NCBI GenBank assembly: GCA_021741075.1
Contig: JAIOYO010000002.1
Span: forward strand, 28,848 to 92,847
Length of the DNA: 64,000 nt
DNA from: Flavobacteriales bacterium
Lineage (GTDB): Bacteria > Bacteroidota > Bacteroidia > UBA10329
Direction of reading: 5' to 3'
The translations under genes were made by a program, and so were the position numbers. This document shows, one piece after another, positions 57,553 through 64,000 of the stretch. A model generated the notes under the pieces. The model saw nothing but the letters and a program-made list of their open reading frames with translations. It was not told the DNA's origin and ran no database searches. The stretch's first letter is position 1. The number at the start of each line of letters is the position of its first letter.

Positions 57553-58850
57553 TGAACCTCCGCATTGCAGACTGGTGGAATTCTAAGGTGGCCATGCTTG
57601 TTGGATGGTCTTATTTTTTTGTTCTCCTTTCTGATGTTGAGCCCAATTTATATTTCAAACTTTTACCTGTCATCCTCATTTGGCTATTCTCCACAGCTGG
57701 TTTTGGGTATTACGTAAATGATTGCTTCGATGTAGCAATTGACGAAAAAGCATCCAAACCAAACTACGTTTCCCAACATTCCAAGTTTAAGCGGTTTTCA
57801 ATATCGCTGTTTTTGGCGGTAGTTTCATTGGCAAGTGCCTTGGTTTTATTTTGGAATCAGCCCTATTTTATTGCAATTGTTGGTGTTCAGCTCATACTGT
57901 TTGTCTTGTACTCAGCCTCGCCTTTTAGATGGAAAGAGGTTCCTTACATAGACGTTGTGACTGATTCGGTTTATGCCCAAGTTATTCCTGTAACCATAAT
58001 GGCATTGGTAATTGTTTCAATGCAAACCAGTCCGCCCAACTCATTTCAACTCTTGGTCTATTGTCTCACAGGGTTTTGGGGGGTTCTTTCGGGTCTTCGA
58101 AACATAGTAGAACATCAAGTAATAGACTTCCAAAATGATGAGATTTCTGGCGTATCAAATACCGTTCAATTAATCGGCATTTCAAATGCTACTGCATTTC
58201 TCAATAAATGGATTATTCCGATGGAATGGTTGCTTTTTGCGGCAATCATTATTTACTCTGGTTTTCACCTACCTCCATTACTCATTCTCACTGCCCTATT
58301 CGTAGTTACTATTGGATTTACTACGCCCATAGCTGAGGGAATTATTGAGAAAACCAGACCTTTTAGGTTAGGTAGCCGGTTGCTAGAACCACGACTCATT
58401 TACGAATTCTGGTTCCCTTTGGCTTGTATTATGGTTTTGATGCTCCTGAATTGGAAATATCTGCTTTTAGGTATTCTTCATTTAGTGCTTTTTAGAAATT
58501 GGATTGCCATTTTGATTGGGGACTTTATGGGGAATGTTGTCTACTACCAAACTTCAGACGTGCTTTGGCATCGTGGTGCGCTACGGTTTTACTATCAGAC
58601 TAAAACTGTTTTGAGCATGCTTTATGGTATTTCTAAGGATGTTGCAAACCGAATACTAACTACCATTTGGGCAATTCTTGTAGGTTTCTCATACCGCTTG
58701 TTTCACATTATTTACTTCAAAGGCATTTTAGAACTTTGGATTGCCTTTAAGTTGCTTGTAAATTACTTAGCCTATCAATTTAAATTCCGAGTGCTTGGCG
58801 ATAAAGAAGAACAGATTCGATGGAAAAATAGGAATGGCGGAAACCGTTAA
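57552..58850 (+). CDS. UbiA-family polyprenyltransferase-like membrane protein
   Basis: YYVNDCFDVAIDEKA (NDxxDxxxD) and a later DFQND (DxxxD) motif, 8-9 TMs. Start taken at internal ATG 57552 (TAATG overlap with GT2 stop). Confidence 0.5.
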   Translation: MNLRIADWWNSKVAMLVGWSYFFVLLSDVEPNLYFKLLPVILIWLFSTAGFGYYVNDCFDVAIDEKASKPNYVSQHSKFKRFSISLFLAVVSLASALVLFWNQPYFIAIVGVQLILFVLYSASPFRWKEVPYIDVVTDSVYAQVIPVTIMALVIVSMQTSPPNSFQLLVYCLTGFWGVLSGLRNIVEHQVIDFQNDEISGVSNTVQLIGISNATAFLNKWIIPMEWLLFAAIIIYSGFHLPPLLILTALFVVTIGFTTPIAEGIIEKTRPFRLGSRLLEPRLIYEFWFPLACIMVLMLLNWKYLLLGILHLVLFRNWIAILIGDFMGNVVYYQTSDVLWHRGALRFYYQTKTVLSMLYGISKDVANRILTTIWAILVGFSYRLFHIIYFKGILELWIAFKLLVNYLAYQFKFRVLGDKEEQIRWKNRNGGNR

Positions 58851-59625
58851 TGGCTTATGGATTGGTAATCGGCTTTCTCTCATGGAAACCCTCACCATTA
58901 CTTCCTTCCTAGCGCAAGGACACGAATTCCGTCTTTTCGTGTACGAACCCATTTTAACACCGCTACCTTCAGGTTGCATTATTGAAGACGCAAATAAAAT
59001 CCTGCCCGAATCCGCAGTTTTCAGATACAAAAACACCACTCAGTTCGGACAAGGAAAAGGAAGTGTTTCTGGTTTTTCAGACATCTTTCGGTACAAGCTC
59101 CTTTATGAAGAGGGTGGGTGGTGGTCAGATATGGATGTTACGTGTTTGAAACATTTAGACATTCCTTCTGATTACTATTTCAGAGAACATCCCACCCTAC
59201 CGTTGGTTGGAAACATGATGAAAGCCCCAAAAGGTTCTGAACTCATGAGAAACTGTTTTGAACAAGCCTCTTCTCAAGTTGACGAGCACAATACAGATTG
59301 GCACAAGCCAATTGAAATACTAGCCAATGCAGTAGCACATTTTGAACTCAACCAATACATTGATAGTGGCTACAAACGGTCAAATCCTGATGCCTGGGAT
59401 TACGTTCGTAATCTTCTTATTGGAAAAACTGAAATGCCACAAGACTATTATTTCATTCATTGGATGAATGAAAATTGGAGGTCTAAAGGGCTAGACAAAA
59501 ATGACTTTATGATTGGTTCGGCTTACTTTAAACTCCTTGTTAAATACGGATTAATTGAGGATGATTTCAACGCTTTTCAGCGATGGAAAAATCGTTTCAG
59601 GCATCGTTACTTAAATTGGTATTAG
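58834..59625 (+). CDS. GT32-family glycosyltransferase (Och1/capsule-type, DXD)
   Basis: LWIGNRLS ... FSDIFRYKLLYEEGGWWSDMD matches the GT32 D..R..LL...GG.Y.D.D signature. Confidence 0.55.
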   Translation: MAETVNGLWIGNRLSLMETLTITSFLAQGHEFRLFVYEPILTPLPSGCIIEDANKILPESAVFRYKNTTQFGQGKGSVSGFSDIFRYKLLYEEGGWWSDMDVTCLKHLDIPSDYYFREHPTLPLVGNMMKAPKGSELMRNCFEQASSQVDEHNTDWHKPIEILANAVAHFELNQYIDSGYKRSNPDAWDYVRNLLIGKTEMPQDYYFIHWMNENWRSKGLDKNDFMIGSAYFKLLVKYGLIEDDFNAFQRWKNRFRHRYLNWY

Positions 59626-59697
59626 TTTACGCTTGGATTTCAAAGGTTCCATTCTTTCAATAAGACAATTTCAAGTACCAAAACCGCACAAATAAAA

Positions 59698-61122
59698 ATG
59701 AGTTTCTTCAAAAGCCTTTTTAATCGAAAAAGTATTGGGAACTCTGAATCTGGACTCCCCGCAGAAACAATTAGAGCCTATAACCAAACAAGGCGCGTTC
59801 GAGATAAATCACTTTTATGCCACGCCCCTTTCTCAAACATGTACTTCAACACAGAGGGGCATGTTGCTGTGTGCTGGAAAACGTTCCATAAGCATGAAAC
59901 CTATTCTGAGGAAAAATCCATCATGGATATTTGGAAAGGGGAGAACTTTGAAAAAATTAGAGCGGGCATAAAGTCATGCAATCTTGATTTTGGGTGTCAA
60001 GAGTGCAAAAAGCACCTGTTAGAAGGGAATTATGTAAACGTGCTTTCCAAGGCATACGACAACGACCATTTACATCCAATTTACCCAACAATTATGGAGT
60101 TTGAGCTCAGTAACCGATGTAATTTGGGCTGTACCATGTGCAACGGAAACCTCAGCTCCACTATTCGTAAGGATCGAGAGAAACTTCCGCCTTTACCTTC
60201 TCCTTATGGTCAAAAGTTTGTTGAAGAACTGAACGAATTCATTCCGCACCTTAATGAAGCACGTTTTAATGGAGGTGAACCTTTCCTCATTAAACAATAC
60301 TACGACATCTGGGACAATATCATTAAGCTGAATCCGAAGCTTAAACTGGTGATTGCAACCAACGGTACGGTGCTTACTTCTAAGGTGAAAGAGTACATGG
60401 AAAAATCGAATTTCCATTTCAACATATCCATTGATGGTTTTAGTCCAGAAACGTATGGGTCTATTCGGATAAACGGAAATTTTGAGAAACTGATGGAGAA
60501 CCTCGAGTACTTTATCACTTATTGCCAAAAAAATAAACGCACGTTGTGCATCATGATAAACCCACTACGGCAAAACTGGTGGGAAATGCCCGCATTCGTG
60601 AATTGGTGCAACCAGAAAAACATTCACCTCTGGTTCAATAGCATCATCAAACCTGCCGACCAAGCACTTTGGAGCTTGCCTTCTTCTGAATTAGGAAATA
60701 TTCTGAAAAAGCTTTCATCTGCCAAATTAGAGATGCCAAATACGGGAGACCGAGCCATTCACAAATACAACATCGACACCTATAATAACCTCGTAAATCA
60801 GCAAATAAAAACATGGTATTTAGAGGCTGTTGAGAGAGAGGAAACAAGTAATAATTTGTCTGAAAAACCCGAGGTAAACGCTAAACAACAAGCCCAGAAA
60901 AAAATAACGACTTATTTCGGTGCCGAACATAAAAGCGACTGCCAATTTCTCCTCGATAAATTAAGTGTTCTAGAGTCAACAATTGAAACCGAACAGCTCA
61001 TTAATCGCCTCTATGCTCTTGTTTTGAATAGCGACCCAGCGGTTCTTTTGGAAATGGCCAAAGACCTATCTGCGGAGGAACTCAAACAAAAGTTTGAATC
61101 AGAAGTAACCAAGAATCAATAG
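59698..61122 (+). CDS. radical SAM protein with N-terminal SPASM/twitch-like Cys-rich domain (paralog 1 of 3)
   Basis: Core EFELSNRCNLGCTMCNG (Cx3Cx2C) at about residue 140, with GGEPFL downstream. It is preceded by CHAPFSNMYFNTEGHVAVCW...IWKG...SCNLDFGCQEC. About 200 aa of unique C-terminal extension. Confidence 0.6.
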   Translation: MSFFKSLFNRKSIGNSESGLPAETIRAYNQTRRVRDKSLLCHAPFSNMYFNTEGHVAVCWKTFHKHETYSEEKSIMDIWKGENFEKIRAGIKSCNLDFGCQECKKHLLEGNYVNVLSKAYDNDHLHPIYPTIMEFELSNRCNLGCTMCNGNLSSTIRKDREKLPPLPSPYGQKFVEELNEFIPHLNEARFNGGEPFLIKQYYDIWDNIIKLNPKLKLVIATNGTVLTSKVKEYMEKSNFHFNISIDGFSPETYGSIRINGNFEKLMENLEYFITYCQKNKRTLCIMINPLRQNWWEMPAFVNWCNQKNIHLWFNSIIKPADQALWSLPSSELGNILKKLSSAKLEMPNTGDRAIHKYNIDTYNNLVNQQIKTWYLEAVEREETSNNLSEKPEVNAKQQAQKKITTYFGAEHKSDCQFLLDKLSVLESTIETEQLINRLYALVLNSDPAVLLEMAKDLSAEELKQKFESEVTKNQ

Positions 61123-62720
61123 TTTTCCTCTACGTGCGCCAATAAATTCTCGGTTGTATTGTTGGTGATTAATTGGAGGTGATTCACAACACTTTTTCGG
61201 TCTATGTCATCAATCAAGTCACTCAAAATGGCTTGCTGCCTTCTCATATCTGTTACGTGCGCTAGGATTGCCGCAGCTTTAGTTTCTGTTTCATTTAGCA
61301 GCTCTACTCCATAAAAAGCCCCAGCCAAAAGAGGCATTAATTTGAAATAGGCCTCAAAAAACCATGAATCGCCATTCTTTTTCCAAAGATTAAAGAGGAG
61401 CGGTTTAATCGGTTTTGGTTCGTCCGAATCTAAAAAACCAACGGTAATGAGCTGGTCTTTTATAGCAGGTTTTGCCCATGCGTAATGCTTTACTAGACTC
61501 TTTGCAAGCAACAAAACATCGGGCGAGTTGGAAGGGATTTCTGATAATAAGCTAGGGTTAACTAAATCAACATTTTCATAACTATCCAATTTTTCCAGCC
61601 TGTTTTTAGCCCGTTCACTCTTCCAATGCTTAACCGTATTGTTCAGCTCCGCAAAGGCTTTCACGTTCATCTTTTCTGTGTTGGTTTTATTCGGCAACGA
61701 AACACTAGCAAAATATTCCGCTATCTGAGTAAGCTCGTCAAAGTTCATGTATCGCATCGACAAGTGCCCTGGATTCCACACAACGTTAAAATGTATTGGA
61801 ATCTCTTTGGCATTACAGAACTCAATTAGTTTGGGAATTCCTTTCCAATTCGTGCTCATGGCACACGCGGCAATGGTTAAATATGTGTTCTTCTTTTTTG
61901 TTAGGGCATGCAACTGTTCTAGGTTTTCTAAAACCCTCGACAGTTTTGCACCAGACCTTACAGAAGCAAATTCTTCAGGATCAATGGAGTCAACGGAAAT
62001 AACCAAACCAACATTCAATCTGGTCATTATTTCCTTTACCCGGTTGTTAAAAACCGTTCCGTTTGTTGTAATGTGTATTCGGATATTGGGGTTTACAACC
62101 GCAACTCGTTCCCATATTTTGTAATAAATCTCAATCAAAAATGGTTCTCCTCCCAGAAACTTGAGGTCGGTTAAATAAGGCATGAATTCAGCTACCTGGT
62201 CTACAAAAGCATCATCGTAAGGATTGTGCATTGGCGGAAGTTGCTCACGATTCTTCCTTATGGTTGAAGAAAAGTAACCGTTGCACATTTCGCATTCTAG
62301 ATTACACGTGTTGGATATTTCAAACTCAAAAACACGTGGCATGGTAGATTTATCCTTCAGTCCTACAAAGCTTTTAAGCTTCTCCATTTTTCCCTGCGGA
62401 ATCGCATACTCATCGTAATGGATTGCTTTGGTTCCCTGATAATTTCCACTTTCCAATAAAATGCCGCACAGTTTACACCCTCCATCCAGTTTTTTCTGAG
62501 CAATATTCTTTCGAAGCTGATGGATTGCTAATCCATTCCATATTTCTGAAATTGTCTGGTCTGGATATCGGCCTAAAACATCCGTTCGGTTAAAACAACA
62601 TGCTGTTACATTTCCGTTCTGTTCAAAGTTTAAGCTTACCGATGGAGCATGACATACTTTGTCTCGCGCTTGAACTGGTCTTAACGCATTATACTTTTCT
62701 ATATCGGTTGATGTAATCAT
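61116..62720 (-). CDS. radical SAM protein with N-terminal SPASM/twitch-like Cys-rich domain (paralog 2 of 3)
   Basis: CHAPSVSLNFEQNGNVTACCFNR...IWNG...GGCKLCG, then EFEISNTCNLECEMCNG and FLGGEPFL. Start at internal ATG 62720 (ATGA overlap with upstream paralog). Confidence 0.6.
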   Translation of the reverse strand: MITSTDIEKYNALRPVQARDKVCHAPSVSLNFEQNGNVTACCFNRTDVLGRYPDQTISEIWNGLAIHQLRKNIAQKKLDGGCKLCGILLESGNYQGTKAIHYDEYAIPQGKMEKLKSFVGLKDKSTMPRVFEFEISNTCNLECEMCNGYFSSTIRKNREQLPPMHNPYDDAFVDQVAEFMPYLTDLKFLGGEPFLIEIYYKIWERVAVVNPNIRIHITTNGTVFNNRVKEIMTRLNVGLVISVDSIDPEEFASVRSGAKLSRVLENLEQLHALTKKKNTYLTIAACAMSTNWKGIPKLIEFCNAKEIPIHFNVVWNPGHLSMRYMNFDELTQIAEYFASVSLPNKTNTEKMNVKAFAELNNTVKHWKSERAKNRLEKLDSYENVDLVNPSLLSEIPSNSPDVLLLAKSLVKHYAWAKPAIKDQLITVGFLDSDEPKPIKPLLFNLWKKNGDSWFFEAYFKLMPLLAGAFYGVELLNETETKAAAILAHVTDMRRQQAILSDLIDDIDRKSVVNHLQLITNNTTENLLAHVEENY

Positions 62721-63916
62721 TCCTTTTTCTGTGCTCTCCACGATTTTAGTTGTGCAATAAGATGCTGTAGTTGAATTTGGAGATGCTTAGGAAACGTTTG
62801 TTTCGAATATAACTCAATAACCTCATCAAGTTCCGATTGGCCCATGGTCTGAAGAGAAACATCAGGAAGAAGCTCTGTAGCACTGCCTGATTCAATCGAA
62901 TTGAATTTATGAACGCCTTCAAGTTTTCCACCTAACGGACCATAAACCACGTTAAAGTAAATATCTAAGTCGTTTTTATCGCAAAACCTCATTATATCCG
63001 GAATCTCCTTCCAATTTTGAATCATTGGGCAAACCGAAAATGATTTCAGCTTTTTGCTGCCCAAAAGCCAATGAATGTTGTTTTCTAAATCTTCAAAACA
63101 TCCATTTCGTCTTATAGACTCCCAAGTGCTCTTATTAAGACTATCAATGGAAAGTGTAATTCGGCAATTTGGTAGCCGTTCAATAATGCCTCTAGCCCGA
63201 GAGCTGAGCATGGTGCCGTTTGAGGTGATACCTACATCTACATTCGGATTTACCTCAATAATAGCCTCCCAAATGTCATAATATGGTCCTATCAAAAATG
63301 GTTCTCCTCCCAAAAAGTTAGCCCTAGCAAGCTGGGGCAAATAGTTCTTTACTTGATTAACAAACTCTTTATCGTATGGGCTTTTAAGCGGGGGAAGTTT
63401 TTCTCTGTTCTTACGAATGGCAGACGACCACTTACCTCCGCACATAATACATTCAAGGTTACAATGGTTCGATATTTCAAACTCAAAAACCAGCGGTGCT
63501 TGGTTCGGTTTCTCTTCCTTTTTCCGATAAAATGAACCTAGTATTGAACTTAATAGACCATTGTTTTCTGGCTTGACTTGTTGGTCTTTTATTAAAGGTA
63601 CGTAGTCGTCAAAATGATTAATAAGCACACTCTCGAAATTTCTCTCCACAATCATTCGGTCGCATAATCCGCAACCCAATTCCAGCTTATTGGACGCCAA
63701 GGAGTCGCGGAGTTTTTTCACCTTTTCACCGGACCAAATTTCATCAATCGTATTTTCGGGATAACTGCCTAAAACGTATTGCCTGTTAAAACAACAGGCC
63801 GTTACATTACCTGTTTGGTCAAAATTTAGCGATAAGACAGGAGCGTAACACAAATAGGCCGAGTTTCGGACACTTCTGGTCTGGTTGAAGGCCTTTATTT
63901 GCTCGATAGTTGCCAT
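62717..63916 (-). CDS. radical SAM protein with N-terminal SPASM/twitch-like Cys-rich domain (paralog 3 of 3)
   Basis: CYAPVLSLNFDQTGNVTACCFNR...IWSG...LGCGLCD, then EFEISNHCNLECIMCGG and FLGGEPFL. Confidence 0.6.
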   Translation of the reverse strand: MATIEQIKAFNQTRSVRNSAYLCYAPVLSLNFDQTGNVTACCFNRQYVLGSYPENTIDEIWSGEKVKKLRDSLASNKLELGCGLCDRMIVERNFESVLINHFDDYVPLIKDQQVKPENNGLLSSILGSFYRKKEEKPNQAPLVFEFEISNHCNLECIMCGGKWSSAIRKNREKLPPLKSPYDKEFVNQVKNYLPQLARANFLGGEPFLIGPYYDIWEAIIEVNPNVDVGITSNGTMLSSRARGIIERLPNCRITLSIDSLNKSTWESIRRNGCFEDLENNIHWLLGSKKLKSFSVCPMIQNWKEIPDIMRFCDKNDLDIYFNVVYGPLGGKLEGVHKFNSIESGSATELLPDVSLQTMGQSELDEVIELYSKQTFPKHLQIQLQHLIAQLKSWRAQKKE

Positions 63917-64000
63917 AACGCTAAAGTAACTAGCAATAGTCCAATTGACCTACAAATTCCAGAACGAAGCCATTACCTTTGGGCTAGATGTCTAATTCAC

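Noticed and set aside
58795-58833. Longer start for the GT32 gene at 58795 (MAIKKNRFDGKIG...)
   Set aside because: It would overlap the upstream UbiA-like gene by 56 nt. The GT32 conserved N-terminus (LWIG) fits a start at Met 58834 better. Either is possible, but the shorter one was chosen.

Overview
Gene-dense window (about 55 CDS; no rRNA, tRNA or CRISPR seen) from what looks like a Bacteroidota genome. The evidence for that is signal peptides ending ..FAQ/..FSQ, many lipoprotein-type N-termini, and a Fibrobacter/Bacteroidetes 'FISUMP' C-terminal domain. Left ~14.6 kb: the partial C-terminal end of a HipA-like toxin kinase, then secreted or membrane proteases (two M1 metallopeptidases, a DUF192 lipoprotein, an S9 oligopeptidase B-like enzyme). 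On the minus strand sits a WecE-like sugar aminotransferase plus ArnC/GtrB-like GT2 pair, co-oriented with hemB and an amidohydrolase-2 gene. 14.6-20 kb: an FG-GAP/ASPIC-UnbV (CRTAC1-like) protein, then an ABC ATPase with a His-rich FtsX-type permease and two tandem paralogous small CxxC proteins. 22.1-45.6 kb: about 21 co-directional, mostly overlapping or abutting genes that look like an undescribed modification/export locus. It holds six PhyH-type Fe/2OG dioxygenase domains (two as fusions, one to a SAM methyltransferase), an ABC-2 Wzm/Wzt-like exporter, a GT2, two B12-binding radical SAM enzymes, a glutathione peroxidase, an AspH/LpxO-like hydroxylase, an acyl-AMP ligase, ACP, KAS III, a GNAT and a second CRTAC1-like protein. 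A convergent PAP2/vanadium-haloperoxidase-like gene closes it. 50-59.6 kb: a second glycosylation-type module (flippase-like UPF0104 protein, diheme cytochrome c, large polytopic membrane proteins, a second WecE-like plus GT2 pair, a UbiA-family prenyltransferase, a GT32). 59.7-63.9 kb: three paralogous radical SAM proteins whose CxxxCxxC core is preceded, unusually, by an N-terminal SPASM/twitch-like Cys-rich domain. All functional calls rest on motif recognition in the translated ORFs; no database search was possible.
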